A DNA stretch of 64,000 nucleotides from NCBI GenBank assembly GCA_964016885.1, contig OZ024742.1, positions 197,594,001 through 197,658,000 on the forward strand, written 5' to 3'. The stretch is from Eledone cirrhosa. Lineage: Eukaryota. Shown piece after piece: positions 1 through 17,359 of the stretch (its first letter is position 1; each line of letters opens with the position of its first letter). The position numbers and the translations under genes were made by a program. The notes beneath the pieces are model-generated. The model was not told where the DNA came from, ran no database searches, and worked only from the letters and a program-made list of their open reading frames with translations.

Positions 1-460
1 TCTTGTCGCCACAGTGCCAGCCGGCCATGCTGCCCTCAACGAGGTCATAAAGCATGGCTTGGACGCTGCAGGTTTTCCCTCCCAGCTCGAGCCGGTGGGG
101 CTAGATCGAGGGGACGGCAAAGGTCCAGACGGTATGACCATCTTCCCGTTCCGCGGTGGCAAACACCTCATCTGGGATGCCACTTGCAGCGACACTTTCT
201 CTAGCCGCAACCTGGTGCAGTCTGCGACTAACCCAGGTTCTGTTGCACTTTGGGCTGAGGAGGCCAAACTCTCTAAGTACCGGTCTCTCGTCGACAGGTT
301 CGTGGTTGTGCCCTTGCTAGGGGAGACTTCTGATGTCCTTGGCCCTAGGGCTACCTCCCTACTCACCACCATAGGCGCTGAGCTGGAATGGCTCTTCCAG
401 CACACCTCTCTTACCATCCTCCGGAGAAACACCTTCTCCATTCTGTCCGTCGTGGCTGTG
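1..460 (+). mobile_element. CRE-clade-like non-LTR retrotransposon, restriction-like endonuclease (RLE) fragment, decayed
   Basis: Translation H(A)ALNEVIKHGLDAAGFPSQLEPVGLDRGDGKGPDGMTIFPFRGGKHLIWDATCSDT...WLFQHTSLTILRRN matches the RHxxxN...EP...RPDG...WD.T...FQR.S..I.RGN pattern of RLE C-terminal domains; the RPD is mutated to GPD. Confidence 0.8.
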
Positions 461-801
461 GGGAGGCCAGCACGTGAGACTCCCTCACCATACAGAGAGA
501 TGGGGAAGGCGATAGAGATGGAGGCGATGACAGTGGGAGATCGGCTCTTCCATGTTCGGATCATATCTTTGTGGTTGTGTTCATTAAGCAGTTAATGATT
601 CTGTTTGTGTATAAACATATAAACTAAGTTCATCTTGCCTTAACCTGATCAATTCCACAAATGGGCTTATATTACTAAAATATATAGTACCTATTCCTGT
701 CAGCTGAGGCAAGTGATGTGTAGAAAATTTAATGTACATAATTAAGTACTTATTTATCCACTCAATCATATCAGCGCTACATATCACCATAACATTTTTA
801 T

Positions 802-850
802 ATAGAAATGGCTTCTACAGGACTAGAACTGTTTCACTCGAACGAAATCT
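802..850 (-). mobile_element. PLE pLTR remnant (3' half of hammerhead), family shared with 17075-17150, 24030-24140 and 41323-41362
   Basis: tatagaaatggcttctacaggactagaactgtttca recurs at four loci; minus strand reads GAAAC-ag...ct-GTA-gaagc. Confidence 0.65.
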
Positions 851-1470
851 TTGTTGGTGAATTTAAAGAATGGGGATTCTTTTTTTTTTAAATACATAGT
901 GATACAGAATGATACAAATGCAGGCACTCCTAATTTTCAAGGTTCATTTATTTTAAGCAAACAAAGTGTTTTCATTAAGTGGCTGTATTAACATGCTGTG
1001 TTAAGACAGCAAATGTAGGTAAACCAAAAATATATATACTGTTAGTTATTGAATTTATTCAAATTTCTGACAGTATTTTTATAATAACAGAATATATAGA
1101 CAAGACAGTTAGTCATATGTCGTTCTACTTTTTTTGGTAAATTGCTAATAAAATCAAATTGAATAAATAGATTTTCACGGGAGCCTACAATGACCAGCTT
1201 ATCCTTCAGAGAGCAGCTGTCACCACAGCTTTACACAGCTGCCGTTCAAGTAAGTTTCGATTCTTTGCTTATAACTACATTTGTAGTGATGTGGCGAAGT
1301 ATTTGTTCGAAATACAGAATATAGCTTATTTAGAAAAAAACCACAAAAATAAGGAACTATTTCTAATGAAAAAGTAAAACAACCTCCAATAAAATATCCA
1401 GTGTTTCACATCGTCTGTCATCAATCACCATACAGAATCTTTGGTCTTTGTAACAGACTTTGGTTTTTCT

Positions 1471-1620
1471 AACAGAGAAACAATTTACTACAGTCGCTCA
1501 AATCAAAAACAAATATAAATAATTCAGTTCTTGAACAGAGAAACGGCTTACTACAATCGCTTACATCAAAGACAAATATAAAATAATTTGCATCTGTAAC
1601 TGAGTGGACGGTTATTACAA
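1471..1620. repeat. Degenerate ~63-bp tandem repeat (~2.5 copies)
   Basis: aacagagaaac...tactaca.tcgct.a.atcaaa.acaaatataaa at 1471 and 1534. Confidence 0.6.
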
Positions 1621-1867
1621 TTGCAGCGTAAAGAAATCAGAATCTAATATAGGTAAATTATATATATTTTCACATATTCTATATACGACGAATCAACAGA
1701 GTCGTTAGAGCGTTGGATAGATGGCTTTGCAGCATTCTCTCCGGCTCTCTACGAGTTCAGTTCAAAAACACACCGAGGTCCATTTTGCTCTCATCCTTGC
1801 GCGGTCGATTAAAAGATACCAGTCGAATACTGGGTCGATTCTTCGACTATATCTCTTTCTTGCTTCA

Positions 1868-1917
<50 letters not shown>

Positions 1918-1998
1918 TTGCAAGGTTTTTGATATGAAATCGTGTGTCGAAACAAATATTTCTGGCAATATTACAACAATATGACCCTCCCCAAGTAT

Positions 1999-2043
<45 letters not shown>

Positions 2044-2172
2044 TCTCCTATTATGGAATAATTCGGCTATCTTCAAGCCGAGGGGGGGGGGTGCTCCACC
2101 AAGTAAGTTAATATGGACCACCCGTACTACTCCATCAGGAGTTACGGGTACATACATATATATATACATATA

Positions 2173-2281
2173 CAGGGTGTCCCAAAATATGTATACTATA
2201 CACACTTTGATTACCGCTACAGGTAATATTTATTCAAATGTTGTTGAAGTGTGTATACATTTGGGGGGGGGCGACACCCTG
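2173..2281. mobile_element. Tc1/mariner-type MITE
   Basis: TIRs CAGGGTGTC...GACACCCTG preceded by TA; second copy in opposite orientation at 32886-33004. Confidence 0.75.
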
Positions 2282-2863
2282 TCTTTTATATATACAACAT
2301 ACTTTTTCTTCGGTTTGAATGACCTATTTTGGGTAGTTGTGGTTATGTTACGGAGGTCTGCTCTGCCGATTCCGGTGGGACGTAAAAGAAAAAAACAACA
2401 TAATCAACCACAATTAAATTTGAACTCGGAAATAAAAGGTGTGAAAACAAATACGAGAAAGTTTGTAATCTGGCTGCGTCATTTGTACTGTCCTAGAAAA
2501 TTATATAAATGTTTAACATCCGCATTTATTTTAGCTACCAACTTATCAAATTATCTTAGACTATATAAGCCCGCTATAGAGTGTCAATGGTAAAACAGGC
2601 GTCTTTATAATGGTACCAATTATCTTATTCTACATGTTAGAGTTGTCAAAGAGTGGCATCTAATTTTGGCCAGGAAGCTGTACTTCCTTTAACAGTTCCA
2701 GTTATATCGAATCCGACGTTGACGTAATGTTGGAATTTCTTGTCTTTTCTAATTCGATTTACCTGATATGAAGCCGTAGTAAATATTTTACATTAACATA
2801 TTCCGCCTTTCTCCCTCTCCTCTCTCTCTCTAACTTTCCGTCTGGTACTTCCCCCCCCCCTCC

Positions 2864-3800
<937 letters not shown>

Positions 3801-3868
3801 ATTCAAATATTAACAAAATAGATATTCTTGTGATCAATTAAATGTTATTATACATATTTCAGAGGTAC

Positions 3869-4068
3869 NNNNNNNNNNNNNNNNNNNNNNNNNNNNNNNN
3901 NNNNNNNNNNNNNNNNNNNNNNNNNNNNNNNNNNNNNNNNNNNNNNNNNNNNNNNNNNNNNNNNNNNNNNNNNNNNNNNNNNNNNNNNNNNNNNNNNNNN
4001 NNNNNNNNNNNNNNNNNNNNNNNNNNNNNNNNNNNNNNNNNNNNNNNNNNNNNNNNNNNNNNNNNNNN
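3869..4068. other. Assembly gap (200 N)
   Basis: Run of N. Confidence 1.
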
Positions 4069-5576
4069 GAAATTATAAATTAAACAATTAAAAAATTAAC
4101 AATTAGAAATTAAAAAATGTTTAAAGTGAGAATCCGGATTGAGGTGAGTAAAAAAATATAGATTGAAGTGAGTAAATAATATGGAGAGATATGTTTAAGT
4201 AAGAAGTTCTGAGAGGGGTTCTAATGTCACAGTTACTCTATCCACATATTGAACGACAGTGCCGTACATTAGAACGGAGGGCAAACTACAGTATTCAAGG
4301 CAGTAGTTAATCTGGTACACAGTCATAATTTCCATCACATGGAACAAAACCAAAGAAAAACAGACATAAAGTACACAAAAGAAAAGAACCAATAATGAAT
4401 AAATGCAAAAACACAGAGTACATATATGCAAAATGATCCATATGATTGTCAATCTGTCAATGTATAGATTGAATTGAGGGGGCTTCTGTTCAAATGCGAT
4501 TTGGTGCAGGAAAATAGGGGTTTATCTTAGTTTTTGTTTCCGCGTATTTATCCTGCCGAAAGTTACTATTATGTCCGTCCAGTGTCAGGGGTTTCCATCC
4601 CCATGGTAGAGGGAATTTCCAGGGGTAGGTCATGGTTGGTTCCTCTCTTCTCCAACATATCGCTTACATCATAGAGCACTCAACTAATTGGAGCTAAATT
4701 ATTAGGGTAAACATTGATGCAATTCAATTCAAGCACTCAACGTACTTTTCCCACATAGGAGTGACGGAGTAAATATCGAATAAGGAAAAGCGAAGTAGTT
4801 TCAGATGTTTAACTCCTTTAATAATAATGCTGTGATATATATTTCAATGACGACACTGGCCACACTGTTCTGTGTGCGAGTGTCGTGACATCATCAGACA
4901 GCTTGTTACATAATAAGGTTATGTTTCCGAGGCAATCCAAATTGAATCGACATGGGAACGGATGAAGTCTGTGCTTTTGGGTTCTTCATCCGTTCCCCTG
5001 TGAGTACCAATTTACCCCCACCGGTCTGCGCAGGCGCATGTCCGAAGGAAGTTGACCATTAGCTACCGCAGATTTCAACGAAATTTGCTTAGTCAGTTCA
5101 CCCTCTCAGCCAAACAATGGCCCACCTAGGCCTGTACCATAGTTTACTGCTACCCATCCCGACTGTGGCAGTCAGCCGAAAGCCAGAGGGGATGGGAGAG
5201 TGTTAGTTTTTTCAGGTCACAATACTACCTCTCACCAAGCGTGGACAGTACGACTGACCATCAACTCATAAGAGAAAATAAACTTAATTCTAGGTATCAT
5301 GGTTTTACATTGGAAGTTAAGAGTGATAGTTGGAAATAAAAATTAAAATCCTAAATCAAATATCAGAAATTATAAATTAAACAATTAAAAAATTAACAAT
5401 TAGAAATTAAAAAATGCTTAAAGTGAGAATCCGGATTGAAGTGAGTAAAAAAAATATAGATTGAAGAGAGTAAATAATATGGAGAGATATGTTTAAGTAA
5501 GAAGTTCTGAGAGGGGTTCTAATGTCACAGTTACTCTATCCACATATTGAACATCTGAAACTACTTCGCTTTTCCT

Positions 5577-5578
<2 letters not shown>
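4069..5578 (-). mobile_element. PLE 3'/pLTR region with ~180-bp direct repeat (4069-4254 / 5367-5552) and 28-bp terminal inversion
   Basis: Near-identical direct repeat; 5551-5578 is the reverse complement of 4779-4806; contains an intact hammerhead motif. Confidence 0.65.
4829..4902 (-). ncRNA. Type I hammerhead ribozyme
   Basis: Minus strand: gctgt-CTGATGA-long stem II (acgacact/agtgtcgt)-GAAA-T-atat-AT-C-acagc; stem I gctgt/acagc, palindromic minimal stem III. Confidence 0.85.
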
Positions 5579-5619
<41 letters not shown>

Positions 5620-5624
<5 letters not shown>

Positions 5625-6189
5625 CTGCAAACACAAATACAACGTCAAACGCAACTTCGTTAAATGTTCTTAATCCCATTCTAAATCAAGAAACTATTAT
5701 TCCTATTGTAAATAACTTCTCCAATCCAATTCCTTCTATAGATAACACTAGGTCACTCGTTAATAATCTCTCTAATCGCAATTGCAATTGCCCTGTTAAA
5801 AATAAATGTCCTCCCAACAACCATTGTCTTGAAAGAAACTTAATCTACGAATGTAGACACCAATTCCTTTACCTATTTTGGCTCCACTTCCACCTCCTTT
5901 AAAGCTCGTCTTTATAATCATCATTCGTCTTTTAAATACCAACTTAAAAGAACCAACAGGGTTCTTTCAGAACTCATATGGTGCTTGGAAGACAAAAATA
6001 TTAACTATAACATCTCTTAGAAGAAGGTTTGTTCTGCTTCTTCATACTTAAATAGTTCTCTATCCAAAACATGCAATCTCTGTTTATGTGAAAAATTTAC
6101 CATTATATCTAATTTAGATTCTATAATAAATAGACGCACTGACTTGTTTTCTCTCTGCTTGCATAAATTCCACAGAACATTCCATAAAG

Positions 6190-6190
<1 letters not shown>
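5620..6190 (+). pseudogene. Penelope-like element GIY-YIG endonuclease fragment (frameshifted)
   Basis: NRNCNCPVKNKCPPNNHCLERNLIYEC, then in the shifted frame YFGSTSTSFKARLYNHHSSF...CNLCLCEK...[10 protein letters not shown]; homologous to 21201-21580. Confidence 0.85.
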
Positions 6191-8748
<2,558 letters not shown>

Positions 8749-9258
8749 AGACCTTGACTACTGGGGTCGATTAGAAAACCTGAAACTTTACTCACTCCAA
8801 CGTCGCCGTGAGCGTTATATTATCTGCATGATGTGGAAAATGTTCCATCATCACTGCCCAAATGATGTTGGCATCGCCTTCAAGATACACCCAAGGCTTG
8901 GGCCCCGTGCTATCCGTCCCATTCAAAAATCTAAATCGCAACTCATAACAACAATACGGCACAATTATTTCACCTCAATCGGCCCTGCAATCGGCCCTGC
9001 TCTCTTCAACATCACACCAGGACACGTCAAAACAGAAACTGACCACACAAAATTCAAGAAGTCTTTGGACAAATTCCTCCAAGTAATCCCGGACAAACCA
9101 CCCACACCCGGATATGTCTCCGCAAACAGTAATTCTCTTCTCGAATGGGCCATGGTGCCCAAATCCTGAATTGAAAGACTTCGCCAGGTGGTGCTATTAA
9201 GTTAGACATGGCCTGGGCCAATACTGGCCAAAACATTTCAAAGTTATTATTCAAAGTT
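8749..9258 (+). mobile_element. 5'-truncated CR1/L2-group LINE 3' end
   Basis: [26 protein letters not shown]...[29 protein letters not shown] is a typical post-RT C-terminus; stop at 9169, 3' UTR ends in ttcaaagtt repeats; internal 12-bp duplication (IGPA IGPA). Confidence 0.85.
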
Positions 9259-9262
9259 ATTA

Positions 9263-9301
9263 TATGTATATATATATATACATGTATATATATATATATA
9301 T

Positions 9302-9379
<78 letters not shown>

Positions 9380-9451
9380 ATATATATATACACGTATATA
9401 TATATATACATGTATATATATATATATATATACATGTATATATATATATAT

Positions 9452-9505
<54 letters not shown>

Positions 9506-9519
9506 ATATATATATATAT

Positions 9520-9561
<42 letters not shown>

Positions 9562-9575
9562 ATATATATATATAT

Positions 9576-9615
<40 letters not shown>

Positions 9616-9680
9616 ATATATATATATACATGTATATATATATATATACATGTATATATATATATATATATATACATATA
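9263..9680. repeat. (TA)n array with CATG interruptions
   Basis: Directly visible. Confidence 0.97.
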
Positions 9681-10140
9681 TTATGAAGAGAGAAGAAACA
9701 TTTAGATATAATTAGTAATAAAATGTATCATACCTAAACTGCTCCTAGATTCCTCGACTACGTAGTTTCGTGGCATAAACAAAAACAATACATCATAAAG
9801 ATATAGAGTCCTTGCGAGGTCTGTCGACTTATCAAGAGGATACCTCATTTTAATAGCCTCAAGAACGCGTCTACACGACGTGAGAAAGAATCCCAAAAGG
9901 CGGAGGGGGAGATAGTCACGCGATATAACGGTCGAGAAACAGAGCTAAGCCTCTTATAACCCCGAAGAAAATAGCACGGAGGCGGAGGGGGTATTTATAT
10001 CGAAGCCGTAGAAGAGGTAGTGAAGGAGGCGAGAAGTATGAGTAATGGCAGCTTTCCAGCAGTCACCACACTTCAAAGATTACTCAACCAGAGGGAGTTA
10101 TTAACAATATATTTAGAAACACACAGATATACATATATAT

Positions 10141-10181
10141 ATGATGGCTGCCCCCTCGTTATCGAGTATGGCCATTGCACA

Positions 10182-10260
<79 letters not shown>

Positions 10261-10565
10261 GCAATAATAATAATAACGACAACAACAATAATAATATACA
10301 TATTCATATATATATACACACACACGCACGCACATAAGCATATCTACACACACACACACACACACACAAACACACGATAGCAACTAACAGTGCTGCGATC
10401 GAATGTGGCTTTTTAGCCCAGCCAATGATCCAAAATGTCTTGCACAGAGTCGGCAACCAAAACATTTACTGGGAATAGTCGGCTGTGGTTGGAGTTCGTG
10501 TACCTTTGCATGTCGCTTGAGTCCTCCTGCTGATTTACATTCTCTACCACATGTTTGGCAAGCAT
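10141..10565 (-). mobile_element. RTE-clade LINE 3' end with C-terminal C2H2 zinc fingers; 3' UTR split by A/AAT/CA microsatellites
   Basis: [21 protein letters not shown]...[22 protein letters not shown] (10384-10565); 3' end ggctgccccctcgttatcgagtatggcca resembles 11875-11905. Confidence 0.75.
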
Positions 10566-10569
10566 GATG

Positions 10570-11612
<1,043 letters not shown>

Positions 11613-11759
11613 CTTTTTAATATGACTTTAATCTTTGAATGTAAATTGCCATGCTAAAATATTATAGTGGATGTCAACCCACTGTGCATAAATATATACA
11701 TATGTTTCTGTATGTCTCTTGTGTTGGAAAGGAGGTCATGTATGTAAACAATCATTGTA

Positions 11760-11815
11760 AAATTGCTCCGAAGACCTCAGACCACGGTTTGGAAGAAACA
11801 ATTGTAAGAGAATAA
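11760..11815 (+). ncRNA. Hammerhead-like motif (CCGAAGA core variant), PLE pLTR remnant
   Basis: ct-CCGAAGA-cc...gg..-GAAAC-aatt-GTA-agag; palindromic loop III, weak stem I. Confidence 0.5.
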
Positions 11816-11871
11816 ATGATTTGAACAGAACTTTGATTCATGTAATTTCTATATATACATATATATATATA

Positions 11872-12475
11872 TGCTGGCTGCCAACTCGTTTTCGAGTACG
11901 GCCACTACTTTATATCCATGTAGGAGAACCCCTACCGATGCACTGAACGAGTGTGACTTTTTAGTCCAGCCAGCGACTTGAAAACTCTGGTACAAACACT
12001 ACACTTGTGACAATTATTGACACATAGTGCTGGGCCCATGGTACCATGTGACGACAAGTGCAGAGAGATCTCCAGATATAAAGCAATGCCTGTGCTGTGA
12101 AGCTTTTATAGTGAGCAAAGGCACTGCACAAAGCCAGTCCCACTCTCTGAACCAAGATGATATTTACCAAAAAGAAGAACAAGTCAACATCATTGGATAT
12201 CACCTGGGTTGCAGGTGTTATATCAGAGTTTTCCTTCTCCTAGAATTCTGCCTTGACAAAGGCTAAGGGATCATCTCTCCCGGTGATTTTGGATGGCCAT
12301 TGATTCTTAAGAGCTCCTGTGCCCTTTGACAGGTTTTGTTTTTAGTCCTGCAGGATGTCCAAACTCACCCTCCTCACCAAAAAACGTTGGTGGGGTTGCC
12401 AGTTTAGTCGCCAACGACCCGACCATGAGACAGGTTGTACTGGGATACATAGTAGCACCAACTGGTTACCTTACA
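11872..12475 (-). mobile_element. Internally deleted RTE derivative (5' UTR-like part joined to 3' end)
   Basis: Minus strand encodes WRSLC...[24 protein letters not shown]; 12220-12475 (agttttccttctcctag...aaggctaag) resembles RTE 5' UTRs. Confidence 0.6.
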
Positions 12476-12499
12476 TAGAATTTTTTCCAATGTGCTCCA

Positions 12500-13237
<738 letters not shown>

Positions 13238-13554
13238 AAATTACAAGTTTGAAGAATGATACAGACTTGATCTTCCGCGACAGCCAGATAAAAATTTATC
13301 TAGTCAATCCTTTTAGCCCGTAGAAAATGACTAGACAAATAATCAACTAAACGGAGTTTGGTCTAAAATAGAAGTTAGAAGAAAAATGCATTTAAACTTT
13401 ATCAAAATTCCTCCACTCTCGTCTGCAGGCAGTTTCGTTCCTTTTATGCGCATATATCCGATCCTGGATTTATCCACGAGGCTTTGTACTTATCAAGAGA
13501 CACCTCGAGTCTGGACTAAAATATATCCATATGTCCTTATGAATTTATATATAT

Positions 13555-13589
<35 letters not shown>

Positions 13590-13594
<5 letters not shown>

Positions 13595-14447
13595 CGGTAG
13601 ATGTATGTCTGTGTGTGTGTATGATTATTATGCATTTCCACATTTCTCTACCGATTTTGATGAATTTTTTTCCAATGTGCTCCAAATTTACCAGGGCAGG
13701 TCACCGCGTAAATATTTATGCCAAACATGTCCTGCTTTTATGAAAGAAATCGATAAAACTAAATACATGCTGTAACCCTCTCTCTTACACGCTTCATTCC
13801 TCTCACTACTACCAACAAAATATATGAAACTACATACATGTTACAACTCTCTTTAAAAGGTTCATCTTTAGCTCTACTCCACTCTCAATCTCCTCTGCAA
13901 CTCTCTTTAAAAGGTTACTGCCTCAGTTTAGAAAAACGACAAAACTTCTTTTGAAGGAACGTGACACAAACTTTGAAACCTAAGCAACAAACAGTCATAA
14001 CGACTCTCATACATCAAATATCAAAATTTAAAAAGCCGATAACAATAAATACATACTGCTCTCTCAACGTTACATGGTCTAATGTGTGAAACGAAGATTG
14101 GAAGGTTAAACTTATGTTGCGAGGATGAAATTAAATTAAATTAAAAATATTAAATTGCAAAAAGATAGATTGAAAAATAAGTTATTAGAAAATTAAAGGT
14201 TAAGGTAGCGAGATTTATTTAATGAACTTACAGAGAGAGTCTTATATGAAAAAATGTATCTCGATAAGATATTAGGATGGGATATAGAGTAAAGATTTCG
14301 ATTGCGCCTCCCAGCCAGCATCCCCCCTCCCCACAATGAGTCAGCCAGTCTCTAGTGGTATCGTCCAGCGAAAGAAATGGAAATTAATTTTTCCGAGTAC
14401 TCTAGGAACGTAGCTACTTAAATCAGACAAAGTTGGAATTCCTCTTA

Positions 14448-14484
<37 letters not shown>

Positions 14485-14564
14485 GTATATGTATATATAT
14501 ATATATGTATGTATATGTATATGTATATGTATATATATATATATGTATGTATATGTATATGTAT

Positions 14565-14638
<74 letters not shown>

Positions 14639-15345
14639 TAATATATATATATATATATGTATATAAATATAAATTAGCGAGAATCGTATTTCGGCTTAGG
14701 AATTAACGAAAAACAACTTCCGAGATGTGTGGCAAGCGCTCAATGATTCAGATGAACCAGAGCTTCAACATACGTTAAAGGCCAAACACACTGAGACGAT
14801 GGTTAAACAATCATCCGCACAGCCATAAAAACGACCAAGTAATTCGGGTCAAACAAATAAAAATATATGTGATTGAAAAACTTACACCCGGACCCCTGAA
14901 TGGTTGGTAAAATCCAGCATTTGGGTTTCTGCGACTCCTAAATCAAGTACTGTCCGCTTACACAAATAATGTTAGGCTTCTGGTAAGATGATTGAACAAG
15001 GAAGCCACTTTTTCAACAGGTTTTAGTTCGAATGCTAATTTAAGGAATGACCGTTACCGACCCCACGTGGGGCTCGGCAAGGGAGGCAACCCTTATTTTT
15101 GGCGGATGAATTCAGTATGTGTATATTATTGCAAGAATGCAAAACATCACAAAACGAAATTAAGCTCTCAACAGAATGGTTATAAGTTAACATAAGCTAT
15201 TCATCAGTCATCTCTCTCGCAGCATACACACACATTATGATCTCACCTCATACTGTAAACCAGACAACACATCCAATACAGTCGTTTTCTCTTTTATCTG
15301 TCTTCCCTTAACTGTTCTCCCGGGCGAAGCCGGGTACCTCAGCTA

Positions 15346-15346
<1 letters not shown>
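13590..15346 (+). mobile_element. Non-autonomous Helitron-like element with nested insertions
   Basis: 3' hairpin cccgggcgaagccggg (15319-15334), then CTAG (15343-15346) followed by T; 5' region shares atcgataaaactaaatacatg and aaactacatacatg with the 17360-18474 element; 5' boundary approximate. Confidence 0.6.
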
Positions 15347-15379
<33 letters not shown>

Positions 15380-15382
<3 letters not shown>

Positions 15383-15587
15383 TGGTTACACTACAGTTAG
15401 TTCACCATACCGAGAACAATTGTTTCACCTTAGCGGATCCTCAGCTCGTAATTTACGAGCTGAGGATCCGCTAAGGTGAAACAATTGTTCTCGTATGGTG
15501 AACTAACTGTAGTGTAACCACTTCTACCTAACTCGTCCCATGGACTGAGTGCTCTACCACTACGGATATTACCTTCCAGTGTTCTAC

Positions 15588-15590
<3 letters not shown>
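15380..15590 (+). mobile_element. Fold-back PLE remnant: ~144-bp palindrome plus 3' tail, between (TA)n tracts
   Basis: 15380-15450 is the near-perfect reverse complement of 15454-15523; the right arm continues ~65 bp further. Confidence 0.85.
15454..15495 (+). ncRNA. Minimal type I hammerhead ribozyme (mirror copy on minus strand at 15408-15450)
   Basis: tacgag-CTGAGGA-tccgctaaggt-GAAAC-aatt-GTT-ctcgta; 6-bp stem I, palindromic ACAATTGT stem III. Confidence 0.85.
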
Positions 15591-15643
<53 letters not shown>

Positions 15644-16029
15644 GGTACTTTCTATCTCTCTCTGTTTCTCTCTCTCTCTCTCTCATGCACACATTTTCTC
15701 TCATCCACATTACCTCTACCTCTCTCTCACTCCTATTCTTTCGTCTTTCTCGTTTTGTTTTATTACAATCCACGATACTTTCTAGGGATGGTAGCTATTA
15801 ATAATTTTCATTATGTTAAATGAATAGTAACCCCATAAATAATTCATTTGTTTGCTGCAAGTTAACGTTTTAAACAGATGTCCTCTATTTTGGAAATCTT
15901 GGGTAAATAATGTGATGTGTTTTACACACTGAACGATAACGCTAGCTTGGTGATACAGACCCTTGGTGGATGCTCTGCTCCTTAATTCAGTTGATCAAAG
16001 CACTGGAGCCTCTATGTGGCCAGATAGCC

Positions 16030-16148
16030 TGCCAGGAATAGCGCCCCGCGAGGTGGTGTGGCTGTTTCAGCGCGTCTCCCCCGCCGTCTTCCGGCGAAAT
16101 GCATTCTCCATCCTGTCAACCGGGGACCCGAGGCGGAGGATAAGTTAG
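16030..16148 (+). mobile_element. CRE-like retrotransposon 3' fragment
   Basis: PREVVWLFQRVSPAVFRRNAFSILSTG, homologous to 380-450. Confidence 0.65.
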
Positions 16149-16331
16149 TTGGTGGTGGAGGATACACGTTCGGACGTCACTTCTACAACTAAAGTATATT
16201 TACATTTATACAAGTGTGTTCTTGGAAAGATGGTTGCAGCGAGATTAGACGGTATGGTCAGTAGTTTTTGTAGTAGGTGACCACCGCTTAAGGTTTCCCC
16301 AAAACAGTCAAGTTTTCCTCAATTTACCCCA

Positions 16332-16365
<34 letters not shown>

Positions 16366-17074
16366 TTTTAGGAAAACTACACTTTGGTTAATGTAGTCCT
16401 GACTCCCTAAACAGAGGAAAAGGGCAAAATGATCAGACCTAAAATGCCTGTTTCCAATCCTAGGTCTGCTCGATCTGAGCTGACCTGCTGATAGACATCA
16501 ACATCAACATCAACATGCTTTCTTTCAGACTGATCGAAAGATTTTGTTACGGTTTCTATTCAATAATATTCAAAAGAATTTGCATATTAGCAGACCATTT
16601 ATCGCTCGTGTACAGGAAACTGACTGGCCAGTCTGCTGATATGCAAATCTGGCTGATCAGTGTATCTGCTACTTTGCAGATCCGACTGATCAGCCAATCT
16701 GCTATTATGCAAATCAGGCCGATCAGTCACTGTATATTTTAGAAAATAGCATATATTTTCACTAGCTCTGACAGTTGGGAGGCGAACAGTGAGCTGTACT
16801 GATAAAGGGTGATACCCAGAAATATTAGTGTCTGCAGTTCTGTTTACATGCCAACACAAGAGCAAGAATGAAGGGTTCATTCTACTGACATGGCGTTAAA
16901 ATGAGGCTTGTTTGCATAATTGCAAACGAATCGAATATTATCATTAATATTCGAAAAACTCAGATTATATATATATATATATATACAGAGAGAGAGAGAG
17001 AGAGAGAGAGATCCCGAGTAAATTGGGTGCTAACCACAGTAAAATGGTACTCAATTCATTAGTAGAGTGTAAAT

Positions 17075-17150
17075 ATTCGTATGAAATTATCAGGAACGAT
17101 TTCATACGAATGAAACAGTTCTAGTCCTGTAGAAGCCATTTCTATATTGA
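17075..17150 (+). mobile_element. Short fold-back PLE pLTR remnant (hammerhead 3' half)
   Basis: attcgtatgaaat...atttcatacgaat hairpin, then GAAACagttctagtcctGTAgaagccatttctata. Confidence 0.65.
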
Positions 17151-17359
17151 ATAATTATATATACTAGCAGGTTGGTTTTCTGCTGGCATGTGTAGTGTGC
17201 ATATTGATATTATACGCAAGTATATATCCATGTAGTATAGATCCATCAAATAACATCGTAATTGACAATATACACAGAAATTGAAGAGAGACTGCGTTAC
17301 ACTGTCTTATGTAAACAGTAAAGTAATCCATGATACATTAAAAAAAGACGATATCATTA

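Noticed and set aside
10384-10565. Host C2H2 zinc-finger gene exon
   Set aside because: No TGEKP linkers; an RTE-type 3' UTR and a related copy at ~11940-12010 indicate LINE origin
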